This document shows positions 35,830-48,440 of a DNA stretch of 64,000 nucleotides, in pieces. A program made the position numbers and the translations under genes. The DNA is taken from positions 4,657,021 to 4,721,020 of the forward strand of contig NC_057718.1 in NCBI RefSeq assembly GCF_004010195.1, in the 5' to 3' direction. The stretch's first letter is position 1; each line of letters starts with the position of its first letter. Source of the stretch: Chiloscyllium plagiosum. Its lineage: Eukaryota. The notes under the pieces were generated by a model. That model was given only the letters and a program-made list of their open reading frames with translations. It had not been told where the DNA came from and made no database searches.

Positions 35830-36950
35830 CTGCACCAAAGCAAGACCTTAAAGAAAAAGGAAAGAAAGTAAAGGCAAAAGTAAGAAGAAAGGGGGACCAA
35901 TGAGGAAGAAAATGAGAGAGAAGCAGGTGAGCTCAAAGACAGTGCTGCCAATCTGCCGATAATTTGGAAAGTAGAATTCAGAACCATCTGAACTTGTGTC
36001 TTCACTCTGTGTTGTAACCAGGAACACACTTTCCTTCTGCTTTCCTTCAACATCAAAGTTCTTTTGGATTCACAAGACACACTCCATAAAATTTCTTTCT
36101 ATCTGGTGTTCTTGTCTAATCATTCTGCTCACGCAATTTCCTTTTCATTTGATAAGGCTCATTAAACCTTGCCTTCAATCATTCACCCCAGTCTGTGGCT
36201 TTGTGAGTTTGTTATCTCACAGTCAGGAAGAATCCCAGGATATACTTCCTGTAAACACCCCAGCTGGCTGATTTTCCACCAGCTTTCCAACCACAGTGGC
36301 CATCACTCCCTCCTGTGATCCAGCTGAATCATAAGCTAAATTTTTGGAACCTAGAATTTCTCTGTTACTCCGACCACCATTTCACTATTTTTCACTGAAC
36401 TCATTGACCTCACCTTTTGGTTACTGGTCTTCTCACTGTGGATTCCACATATTACAACCCTTTCTGGCAATGCTCCTCCTGAGTTACATATCTCCTTGTC
36501 TCTCACTATTAACAATTGACTTGCTCCCATATCTCTTAAAATTGTGATTTCTTCACCCATTCCTCCTGGCATACATGAGTAAACCTCACCCATGCAAGTC
36601 CATTCTTTAAAGAGTTCTGGCACTTTCTTCTCAAACCACCTCCTATACATTTCTTTTGCAGCTTTTTAGCTTCTACTGTGCTTTCCTTTACCACTTCAAC
36701 AAAACTCATTGGCTTCTCCTGTTTTCTCACATCTGCCTTCCCAGTGCTTTTTCTAACCCACCAACACTGTGGGACTTCATGTGACCTACTTTATTGCGGT
36801 GAAAATACTTGAGCTTTTTGACTTCTCTTTCCCCCTTGTGGGTTTCCTTTTTAACCCTGTGGTAAACTATCTCTATTGTCTTCAATGAGATCTACTTTAC
36901 ATTTACCACCTGAGGATTTCTCTTTTTCCCCAGTTTCTATCCCTCGCTGA
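35830..36950 (-). mobile_element. Gypsy LTR retrotransposon gag-protease remnant
   Basis: Minus strand has a degenerate CCHC (FHRNKVGHMKSH) at ~36770-36810 and the protease motif ITILRDMGASQLL (cf. LRDTGA). Confidence 0.7.
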
Positions 36951-38149
36951 TTGAAATTGATGTTGGAAACCAAGTCTTCCTTATTCTTTTACTTAGTTAA
37001 ACATGTTTCTAACATTGGAATTGTACCTGCATCCACCACTTCCCCTGCCAGTTCTTTCTTCACACAAACCACTCAGTGTAAAACAAAATTGCCCCTCATG
37101 TATTTTAAAAATTATTCTCCTCTCACCTTAAAGGTATACCCCTCGTCTTGAGATCCCCCATCCGAGGAAAAACACACCTGCCATTCACCTTACCTATGCC
37201 CCTCCTAATTTTATAAACCACTATTAGGTCCCCCTCAACCTCCTACCCTGCTGTGAAAAATGTCCCAGCCTATCCAATCTTTTCTTGTAACCCAAACCCT
37301 CCATTTATGGCAACATCCTGATAAATTTCTTTTGAACGCTCTCCAGCTTAATAATCTTCTTCTTCTCATAACTGCAAGACCAGGACTGGACACAGTGTTC
37401 CAGAAGAGGCCACACCAACATCTTGTATGACCTCAACACAACGTCTTAACTCCTATACTCAAAGGCCTGAGCAATGAAGGCCATCATGCTAACAGCTTAA
37501 CCACCTGGCCGATATTTGACACAAACTTCAAAGAAATATGTACTCAAACCCCAAGGTCTCTGTGTTCCACAACACTGCCCAAGGCCTTTCTTTTAAATGT
37601 ATAAGCCTTGTCTTTGTTTGTTTTACCAAAATCCAATACCTCACAATTATCCAAATTCAACTCTATTTGCCACTCTTCAGTCCATTGACTCAATTGAAGA
37701 CACCACCAGACGCATGGAAGAAGAACGCCTCATCTTCCGCCTCGGAACACTTCAACCCCAGGGAAACGTCAATTTCGAAGCTTTTCGGATGCTGCCTGAA
37801 TTGCTGTGCTCTTCCAGCACCACTGATCCAGAATCTGGTTTCCAGCATCTGCAGTCATTGTTTTTACCTCAATTGAAGACAGTTACATTTCTGGCAATTA
37901 TAAACGGTGAGCCATCACTGCAATTACCTTCCCTTTCCTTACTGACAAAAGCAATCCCAAATTCGGGCTGTCTGCCCATTCCAAAAGCTTTGCCTCACTC
38001 ACATTCCTGACGAAGGGTCCTGCCCAAAACAGTGACCTTCCTGCTCCGCAGATGCTGCCTGACCTGCTGTGCTTTTTCCAGCGCTACACTTTATTGACTC
38101 TCATTCTATAAACCAGCCCCAAGGAACTTCTTCAACACCCTGGAAACTC

Positions 38150-38348
38150 TTAGCCAGTGAAAAAGCGATTATGGGGCGACTGCTGTATCCGCGGAATTGT
38201 TATCTGCGGCTTACCGCGGCCCGAGCATATAATATGGAATGTTCCAGAACCGGGACCAGGGGTCTGCCGGAGAGATAAATTTCCCATCAGATTGAATGGG
38301 TTCGCCCCTGTCTGCAGTTTTGGGCATCCACGGTAGGTCTGGGAACAA
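38150..38348. mobile_element. Possible Tigger/pogo-like MITE fragment
   Basis: CpG-rich island with tatccgcgg/tatctgcgg motifs and ttttgggcatccacggtaggtctgggaac, reminiscent of Tigger-derived MITE subterminal sequence. Confidence 0.35.
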
Positions 38349-40845
38349 ATTTGTAAGGAGATCTCAGTTATTTGTAAGAATAATAGGGTGGTTATGGTCA
38401 GGGATTTTAACTTTCCAAACATAGACTGGGACATAGACTTAACACAGTGTTAAGGGTTGAGATGGAGAGGAATTTGTTAAGCATGTGCAAGACAATTTTC
38501 TGATTCTGATTTTGGATGTACCTACTAGCGAAGGTGCAAAACTTGACCTACTCTTGGGAAGTAAGGCAGGGCACGTGACTGAGGTGTCAGTGGGGGAGCA
38601 CTTTGGGGCCAGTGACCATAATTTGATGAGTTTTAAAATAGTGATGGAAACAGGATAGACCCGATCTAAAAGTTGAAGTTCTAAATTGGAGAAAGGCCAA
38701 TTGTGACAGTATTAGGCAAGAACATTCAAAAGCTGATTGGGGGCAGATGTTTGCAGGTAAAGGGACGGCTGGAAAATGGGAAGCCTTCAGAAATGAGATA
38801 ACGAGAATCCAGAGAAAGTATATTCCTGTCAGGGTGAAAGGGAAGGCTGGTAGGTATAGGGAATGCTGGATCACTAAAGAAATTGAGGATGTGGTAAGAA
38901 AAAGAAGGAAGCATATGTCAGGTATAGATTATGTGAATCGTCAGAAGAGTATAAAGACAGTAGGAGTATACCTAAGAGGGAAATCAGGAGGACAAAAAGG
39001 GGACATGAGATAGCTTTGGCAAATAAAATTGAGAATCCAAAGAGTTTTTATAAATATATTAAGGACAAAAGTGTAACTAGGGAGAGAATAGGGCCCCTCA
39101 AAGATCAGCAAGGCAGCCTTTGTGTGGAGCAGCAGGAGATGTAGCAGATACTAAACTAGCATTTTGCATCAGTATTTACTGTGGCAAAGGATATGGAAGA
39201 TATAGAATGTGGGGAAATAGATGGTGACATCTTGAAAAATGTCCATTATACAGAGGAGGAAGTGCTGGATTTCTTGAAATGCATAAAAGTGGATAAATCC
39301 CCAGGACCACATCAGATGTATCCTAGAACTCTGTGGGAAGCTAGGGAAGTGATTGCTGGGACTCTTACTGAGATATTGGATCATCAATAGTCACAGGTGA
39401 GGTACACGAAGATTGGAGGTTGGCAAACGTGGTGCCACTGTTTAAGAAAGGTGGTAGAGACAAGCCAGGGAACTATAGACCAGTGAGCCTGACCTTGGTG
39501 GTGGGCAAGTTGTTGGAGGGAATCCTGAGGGACAGTATGTACATGTATTTGGAAAGGCAAGGAGTGATTAGGGATAGTCAGCATGGCTTTGTGCGTGGGA
39601 AATCATGTCTCACAAACTTGATTGAGTTTTTTGAAGAAGTAACAAAGAGGATTGATGAGGGCAGAGTGGTAGATGTGATTTATATGGACTTCAGTAAGGC
39701 ATTCTATAAGGCTCCCCATAGGAGACTGGTTAGTAAGGTTAGATCTCATACCATACAAGGAGAACTAGCCATTTGGATACAGAACTGGCTCAAAGGCAGA
39801 AGACTGAAGGTGGTGGTGGAAGGTTATTTTTCAGACTGGAGGCCTGTGACCAGTGGAGTGCCACAAGGATCGGTGCTGCGTCCACTGCTCTTCATCATTT
39901 ATACTCACATCCAAATTATTTATGTAAGAGGTATAGTTAGTAAATTTGCAGATGACACCAAAATTGGAGGTGTCGTGGACAGCAAAGAAGGTTACCTTGG
40001 ATTACTATGGGATCTTGATCAGATGGGCCAATGGGCTGAGGAGTGGCAGATGAAGTTTTATTTAGATAAATGCAAGGTGCCGCATTTTGGGAAAGCAAAT
40101 CTTAGCAGGACTTATTGGTCAGTCCTTAATGGTAAGATCCTCGGGAGTGTTGCTGAACAAAGTGATCTTGGAGATCTTGAAAGTAGAGTCACAGATAGGA
40201 GCGTGAAGAAGGCGTTTGGTATGCTTTCCTTTATTGGTCAGAGTATTGAGTACAAGAGTTGGCAAATCATTTTACAGCTGTACAGGATATTGGTTAGGCC
40301 ACTGTTGGAATATTGCGTGCAGTTCTGGTCTCCTTCTTCCTATCGGAAGGATGTTGTGAAACTTGAAAGGGTTCAAAAAACAAGGATGTTGCCAGGATTG
40401 GAGGATTTGAGCTATAGGGAGAGGTTGAATAAGCTAGGGCTGATTTCCCTGGAGCATTGGAGGCTGAGGGGTGACCTTATAGAGGTATTATGATGGGCGT
40501 GGATAGGCTAAATAGACAAAGTCTTTTCCCTGAGGTGGTGAGTCCAGAACTAGAGAGCATAGGTTTAGGGTGAGAGGGGAAAGATATAAAAGAAACCTCA
40601 GGGGCAACTTCTCACACAGAGGGTGGTACGTGTATGGAATAGCTGCCAGAGGAAGTGGTGGAGGCTGGTACAATTGCAATATTTAAAAGGCATCTGGATG
40701 GGTATATGAATAGGAAGGGTTTGGAGGGGCATGGGCCAGGTGCTGACAGGTGGGACCAGATTGGGTTGGGATATTTGGTCAGCATGGACGGGTTGGACCG
40801 AAGGGTCTGTTTCCATGCTGTACATCTTTATAACTCTATGACTCT
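38349..40845 (+). mobile_element. CR1 LINE ORF2 (endonuclease end, RT) with 3' tail
   Basis: ORF 39420..40493 reads NYRPVSLT, DFSKAF, SGVPQGSV, FADDTK and RLRGDL. Tail actctatgactct. Confidence 0.95.
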
Positions 40846-40849
40846 GTGG

Positions 40850-43655
40850 GTAAGGGGGCACTAATGTATGACACAAAGTACACCCTCAGGACAGTGTCAC
40901 AGCAGCAGCCAGGCCTGTGCTACCATTACTGGTCAACCAGGATCAGACAAAGTCCAAGTCAGCAATAGTGGTAGGTGACTCACAGGTGTTTCTGTGACTG
41001 TGTTTGAGACTCCAGCGTGGTGTGTTGCCTCCCTGGTTCCAAGGTCAAGGATTCTCTGAATGGGTATACGAAATTCTTAAGGGGAAGTGTGAGCACCCAT
41101 AGGTCATTGTACACATTGGTACCAACGACATAGGTAGGAAAAGGGGATGAGGTCCTGCAGAGTGAGGCTAGGGAGTTAGGCAGAAGGTTGGACCTTAAGG
41201 ATAGTAATTACCCGACTACTTCCATGCCACGTGTTCACAAGGCTAGGAATAAGAAGGTTTAGCAGTTGAATGGAATGTGTGGTTTGAGAGCTGGTGCAGG
41301 GGTCAGGGATTCAGATTCTTGGATCATTGGGATATGGATCTCTTCTGGGGCAGAGGTGACCTTACAAGAGGGGCGGTTTGCACTTGAAATGGAGGGAGAG
41401 ATTTGCTAGAACAACCTCCAGGAGGGTTAAAACCTATCTGACGGGTGGTGGGATCCGAAGCGGGCGAAAGACAAAAGAGGTCGAGGACAGTCCACTGGTT
41501 AATGAGAACAAGATAAGCAGTAAAGGCAGTGTTGGTTCTCCTAGGACTAGACCGGGCGGAAGGGAAGCCTGGGTTAAACTGCAGTTATTTCCACGCAACA
41601 GGCCTAATAGGTAAGGCGAATGAACTCGGGAAATGGATGGGTACATAGGACTGGGATATTGTAGCTATTACAGAAACATTGAGAAAGCAGATGCTGAAGA
41701 TCAAAGTGAAGACGTATGGTGCTGGAAAAGCACAGCAGGTCAAGCACCATCTGAGGAGCAGGAGAGTCAATGGGTGGAGTGGATAGGTAGGAAGGAAGAT
41801 GGACAGGTAGGACAGTTCAAGAGGGTGGTGCCAAGTTGAAGGATTGGATGTGGGATAACGTGGGTGGAGGGGAGATCAGGAAACTGGCGAAATCGACATT
41901 GATCCCTTGTGGTTGGAGGGTCCCAAGGCAGAAAATGAGGTGTTTTCCTTGGGTGTTGAGTGGCTAGAATTTGGTGGTGGAGGTGGTCCAGGAATTGCAT
42001 GCCATGGTGGAATGAGAGGGGGAGTGAAAGTGTTCATCCTGTCTCCCCAGCGTAGAGGAGACCACATCGAGAGGACAGTATCTCACAGAATGTGGAAGTG
42101 CGCACTGTGGAAGTGTATGGTGAAAATTTTAAATATAGTGACAAGGACTGCGTTCTGGGACATTTTGAAGAAAAAATTGAGGTCAAAAGCTGATAACTGC
42201 GAAATACAACTTGCCCCTTTATTTCAAATTTAGTCTTGAACAAACTGTCATCCATATGACACCTACATTTAATCTATATGCTTTGTACTAGCTTTCTGTG
42301 TTTACTTCGGTATGTAACTAACTGTATCCATTGCTCTGGATGTGGTCTCGTCTACACTGGGGAGACAGGATGCCAACTTGCAGAACTTTTCAGAGAACAT
42401 CTCTGGGACACATGCACCAGTCAACCCCATCACCCTGTGGCCGACAACTTTAACTCCCCCTTGATGGAGTGGGAGAAGGATTTGAAGTGTTCGGCTACAG
42501 GGCAGTGGGGTTTATTGGTGCGTGTGTCCCAGAGATATTCTCTGAAACATTCTGCAACCTGTTTCTCGCACACTGCCTGACCTGCTGTGCTTTTCCAATA
42601 CTTATAGAAACATGGCTGAGGGTGGGATAGGACTGGCAACTCAATGTTCTGAGGCACAGATGCTACAGAAAGGACAGAAAGGGAGGCAAGAGAGTGGGGG
42701 AGTTGAGTTTTTCATTCAGGATATCATGGTCGTACTGAGAGAACATGCTGAGAGTGTGCCCACTGAGTGAACTTGGGTAGAAGTGAGAAATAAAAAGTGG
42801 GGGATGGGGGAGGTGGTGGAATCACTTTGACAGAATTGTACTGTGGGCCTCCCCAATAGTCAGTGAGAGATTGAGGAAAGAAATGTAAGGAGATCACAGA
42901 TAACAACAAGAATAATAGTGTTATAATAGGGGGTGATTTTTAACTTTTATAACATCAACTGGGATTGCCACAGTGTTAAGGGCTTGGATGGAGAGAAATG
43001 TGTTAAGTGTGTTCAGGAAGAATTTCTCATGCAATATGTAGATGGCCCTTCTAGAGAAGGGGTAAAACCTGACCTCCCGTTGGGATATAACACATGGCAT
43101 GTAACAGAAGTGTCAGTGAGGGAGCACCTTGGGACCTGTGACCATCATTCCATTTAAATTGCTATGGAAAAGGATAGGTCTGATCCACAAATTAAAGCTC
43201 TAAATTGGGGCAGCATGGTGGCTCAGTGGTTAGCACTCATGCCTCACAGTGCCAGGGACCCAGGTTCGATTCCCACCTCGAGTGACTGTCTGTGTGGAGT
43301 TTGCACATTCTCCCCATGTCTGCATGGGTTTCCTCCGAGTATTCCGGTTTCCTCCCACAATCCAGGAGTAGGGACCCCTGGATAACTCAAGATATTGAGG
43401 CTCTGGTCTTGAAAAAGGAGGCAGATGACACGTACAGGTAACTGGAGTCAAGTGAATTCCTTATGGAGTACAGCGGGCATCAGAGTACACTTAAGAGAGA
43501 AGTCAGGAGGGCTAAAAGAGGACATGAGATAAGCTACAAGAAAATCCAAAGGGATCCATGAAGTTCAAAGAAATATCTAGGGAGAGAATGGGGTCTCTTT
43601 AAAAATCAACAAGGTCTTCTGTGTGCATAGCCACAAGAGGTGTGAGATCTGAAAT
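40850..43655 (+). mobile_element. Old CR1 LINE (ORF1 to ORF2 fragments) with nested Penelope pieces (~41680-42600) and a partial HE1 SINE (43208-43362)
   Basis: HIGTND-coding cattggtaccaacgac and GDFNFYNINW motifs; nested GIY-YIG CSGCGLVYTGETG. Confidence 0.8.
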
Positions 43656-44076
43656 GAAGTCGAAGGTGTGTACTATACCTTTAAGAGAGAGAATGCTGTT
43701 CTGAACTGAGAGATTACAAACACCTGTGTATATGACTAGATGTCAATCTCAGAGTGTACTGGAAAATTGAAAATATGTAACATTTGGCTGTGAAATGGAT
43801 ACCTAGGGTTTGGTTGCTGTTTTGACGACAATTCAAATTTAACCAATCAGCTTAAATTATAGATCTGAAATGAAGTCGAAGGTGTGTACTATACCTTTAA
43901 GAGAGAGAATGCTGTTCTGAACTGAGAGATTACAAACACCTGTGTATATATGACTAGATGTCAATCTGAGTGTACTGGAAAATTGAAAATATGTAACATT
44001 TGGCTGTGAAATGGATACCTAGGTTTTGGTTGCTGTTTTGACAACAATTCAAACTTAACCAATCAGCTTAAATTAT
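43645..44076 (+). repeat. Tandem duplication, 2 x 216 bp
   Basis: 43645-43860 and 43861-44076 both start agatctgaaatgaagtcg and end cagcttaaattat. Confidence 0.93.
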
Positions 44077-45556
44077 ACCCAAGGATACTGAAACCCAATT
44101 GACTTTAAATTTATTGTTTTGCCAACATCAAACCAATGAGATGATCCGATGTTGGTGGTAAAAAAAATGCGGACATTTTGAAAATTGGTCAAAGAGCAAG
44201 TGCTGTAGGGAGAGCAACTCATGGCAAGCTAATTACCCATTGAACATCTTGCTCTCAAAGAAATTAGAAAAACACTCTCTTTCAAAGGTACCTTTTCATG
44301 CGAAACATACTCACAGCAAAAAGAAAGAAGATGACCCAGGGAGATCATGAGCTGAAAGAGGGAAGACACAGAAGAAGACAGAGACTGTGTGGTTTTGAAA
44401 TTAAGTTGATGTAATTTTAATTAGTGCCTTATTGGAATAGTATATTGTGATGAAGTTGGAGGCAGGTAATAAGCAGTTATGAGAAAAGGGGACTTAGAGT
44501 TGTCTAGGTGGTACAGGTTCATAGCTCCTTGAAAGTGGGGTCTCAGGTAGACAGGTGATTCAATTGATCAAATTACTAGGCTTCAGCAAAATACATTTCA
44601 TGCTTACACCACATTGAAAATAAAAACAAAAAGATGGCATAACTTTTTAATTCTGTTGAAATATTTCATAAAATAATATATTATGTAACTACTTCTCATC
44701 AGCTGTTTCACTCGTAGAAGTAGCCCATAAACATTATCTTGGCAAAAGCAAATTCAGTAAACAGTTCTATTTTCACATGAGGTCATCACACTCTAATCCA
44801 GTGGAATGAAATACTGACAGAAACGGTTGAGTCCAGCAGCAGAGAGAGATCATGAGTTTTTCTGCAGCAGCAGAGGGAGAGCTGTATCTAGCAGCTTCAA
44901 CTCCAAAAGCACAACATCAACAACTGAAAGCAAAAGCTAAAAGCCTGGCTCCATCCATCCATGTTTCTTTCATCGAATTTTGCTTTTAAACCCCAAAGCT
45001 ATTTCTCCTGCTTTCCATGGAGCAGCCATCCCAGTACCAGCTTTACAACACCCCTCTTCAAGAGAAATAGCATGGAACAATTCACACTGAAAGGCACATT
45101 TCATCACCAGTTGCTAAGAAATCAATATCAATGTCTGTAGAGCAATGCATCATCCATTAACTGCTTCAGTAATCTGGCCAGTTTGGTTATTTCTCTTTTT
45201 TGATTTATCCCTTCACTGTTAATTTGTATCTGTTGTATGAATGGATCTCGAAACAAATGTTCTTGGGTTTAAATCGTAGACATCATGTCAGGAATCTATT
45301 ATTCTCAAAGTCTGGATTGACCATTCAAAAATTTGGACACTAAACCATTGTGGTTCCTGAAGAAAGGCTTATGCCCGAAACATCGATTCTCCTGCTCCTC
45401 GGATGCTGCCTGGCCTGCTGTGTTTTTCCAGCACCACATTTTTCAACATTAAACCATTGTGGTCAATTTTGAGGGTCTTTGAAGGTTGTAATTTTACTGT
45501 GCTGCAAATACAGATCTAGAAAGGCAGATTTGATTTGGCTGTCTGTCTGTCGTAAG
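43655..45556 (+). mobile_element. Solo LTR with nested insertions, ending ~145 bp before the GBP exon acceptor
   Basis: 5' part matches the reverse complement of 28890-29706; it ends ..gtcgtaaga. A nested Penelope piece at 45355-45449 has TSD taaaccattgtggt. Confidence 0.5.
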
Positions 45557-45727
45557 AAAATAAGTGAAGGAAATAAAGTTTGAACTGTTTAGAAATATTT
45601 AACATGATTGTCTAAGTTTAACAACATTGATAATGCCAGCAGATGTGCGAGATACAAGAATAATGCTCAATGATAATTCCTGATCTATCATGTGGTCTCA
45701 GTTAATAGGACAGTATCATATACAGAA

Positions 45728-45902
45728 ATGGAATCTCCAATGCCCCTGGTTTTAAATCCACTGGATGGGAAACTGTCAGTGCATCCACCTGCTGTGGACT
45801 TGTTAAAGACCATTGATCAGCCTTTGGTGGTTATTGCTCTGATTGGGAAATATCGTACAGGAAAATCATATCTGCTGAACTATCTTGCTGGAAAAAGGAA
45901 AG
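45728..45902 (+). CDS. GBP: Guanylate-binding protein (GBP family) coding exon, N-terminal GTPase domain with P-loop; the exon may begin at acceptor 45701/45702
   Basis: Translation [59 protein letters not shown] aligns by eye with human GBP1 (MTGPMCLIEN...[31 protein letters not shown]). G1 motif is GxxRxGKS. Donor G|gtaagt at 45902/45903, phase 1. Confidence 0.95.
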
Positions 45903-46259
45903 GTAAGTGTTGGAATGTGAAAGAACGTCGACTCACTGTCTACTTTGGAAATGATTCTGACAGTGTGTATCGGGAGAACTGAGCACCGATGGAAGCTTGC
46001 TGATTGAAGATCGATTGTTTGAGCGATGATGGCCCAGCAACAAACAGGAGTAAGTTTTCATGAAGTAGAAATATCCAAATCAATGTGATCGGTGACAATG
46101 GGGATCACTGACCATTGGTTGAGAAGTCTAGGAATATTTGTGAATATCTCCCATAAACATCATCACCCAATTAGAATAGATGTAAAAACACAGAATTAAA
46201 GCATTAATTCATAGGACATTGCATTGTGATAAGTGACACACCTAAAAATGAGGTGTCAA

Positions 46260-48440
46260 ACTGTTGAAGTTATGAAACAGGACTCTTTCTGTGCTAAATG
46301 GCATAGACAGCATGTGACAGACAGAGCACAGCGATCCCAAAACCAAAGGATCAGATCCAATCTCTGCAATCCTACCACAGTCAGTGTGCAATGGTGGTGG
46401 ATAATTAAACAACTCACGAAAGGCAGAGACTACACAAAGACCCCCCACCCTTAATGATGGGGGAGCCCAGTTCCTCAGTCCAAAATATAAAAAGGCTTAA
46501 GCATTTGCAACAGTGTTCAGCAAGATATGCCAAGTGACTGAACCATTACAGCTTCCTTTGGAGCTCCCCAGCATCCCAGAAGCCAGTCTTCAGCCAATTT
46601 GAATCACATCACATGATGTCAGGAAATGGCTGAAGGTACTGGATACTGCAAAGGCTATAGGCCCTGACAATATTCTAGCAGAACACATGAGCTGCAGAAT
46701 TTGTAACACACCTAGCCAAGCTGTTCCTGTACAGCTGCAGCACTAGAATCTGGCCAACAATGTGAGAACTTGCCCAGGTGTGTGCTGTGCATAAAAAGCA
46801 GGACAAATTCTACCTGGTTTCTCATAAATCTCCTCTCATCATCAGTAACATGATGGAAGGTGTCATCAACAGTGCTATCAAACAACACTAACTCAGCAAT
46901 AACGTGCTTAGCGATGCCCAGTTTGGGTTCTGCCAGGGTCACTCAGCTCCTGCCCTCATTAGAAAGCCTTGGTTCAAACATGGACAAAAGAGCTGAATTC
47001 TAGAGGGGAGGTGAGTGTGGCATCAAGGAGTCAGAGCAAAACTGGAATCAATGGGTATCAGGAGGAAGGCAGTCTGCTGGTTAGAGTCATATCTGGCATA
47101 TAAGAAGATGGCTATGATTGAGGTCAGTCATTTGCAGAGATGTTGTGGAGCTGAGGAGTTCCTCAGTAGTGTCCTAGGCTCAACCATCTTCAGCTGCTTC
47201 ATCAATGACCTTCCCTCCATCTCCCAGTAAGATGGAGGCAGAGTAGGGCTTTTTGAGCCCTGGGCTTGTCTTCTGTCTGTATTTCTTTTCATTTCTTCCA
47301 CTTTTTTCTCACTCCTTTCTCCTTTTTCTCTTTAATTTTGCTTTATTTACCTCTTGGTGAAGAGCTTGGTCACGGTGATAGCAGTGAGTAGGCCCGGCAG
47401 CACAGACTCAAGTGGGCCCAGCTGTGTGTCCTCACAGCAGTGACATTGGAAATGAGTCTGGGTTGCCCGCAGCTTCTGCATTACTGAGGCGGCCCTAGTG
47501 CCGACTCAACATCAAGTTCATCTTCCCTTCATTTGGCGGCTTTGGGTGAGGAGAGAGGTTCTAGGAGGTTGCCGTAGCGGAGCATGTGATGTGGATCCAG
47601 CTGTTCCTTGTGGCTGCTTCAGCAGACGCTGAAGACAAGGTAACAATGGGCATGGGATTCCAGTGGTCCGCATTTTCCTTGAGGCTTCTGCAGCATCTTT
47701 GCAGCAGCATGGTTGGTCTGGCCTAGCCTGGGACTCCTTTAGGTGGCTTCAGTGGCTCTCTACGTTCGTGTGGGTCTGGGTCTCCACATGGAGATTTCAG
47801 TCGGTCTGTGACACTTTATTTTCACCATCGTGGAGATCTGGCCTGAGATTCCAATGAGGGATTGGGTCTGGCCAACCCAGACCAGGAAAATGGATGAAAC
47901 AGACTCTATCTTAAATTCTCTTTTTTCTATTTTTTTTCATTATTACATTTTCATGGAAGGATTGTTATTCTGCTATATCCTTACTTTTCTAATTTATTAG
48001 AATGATTTTGTAGTTTTGAAGGTGTGTAATGTGTTTTTTTTCCTAATAATGTGTCATGAAGGTTTTGTACCTAGGTACCTTTGTCCCTCAGATGGCACCC
48101 CGTAAGTGGTGACTTTAAACTTTTCACTGCACTCAAAGCTAATTCAATTCCATTCAGAAGAGGGGATGTTCACCAGTTATTGCTATTGTTCAGCACCAGT
48201 CATGACTCCTCAGAAACTGAAGCAGTCCATATTGAAATGCAGCCAGACCTGGAAAATATCCAGGCTCATGCTGAAAGGTGGCAAGTAACATTCACATGTC
48301 ACAAATTCCAGGCAATGACCATCTCCACGAACAGACCATCTAACGAGTGCCCCTTGGTGTTCAATGTTGTTACCATCACCGAATCTCCCTCTGTTGACCT
48401 TCTTTGGGTTTCTATTGACCAGAAGTTGAGTTGGATTCAC
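46260..48440 (+). mobile_element. LINE of a second CR1/L2-group family (ORF2 fragments), interrupted by an unclassified repeat (~47225-48150)
   Basis: KAIGPDNI, DAQFGFCQGHS and SVLGSTIFSCFINDLPS resume after the insert (AERWQVTF..K). The same family gives MEYSPLAWMGAAPTTL at ~60250-60650 (-). Confidence 0.75.
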
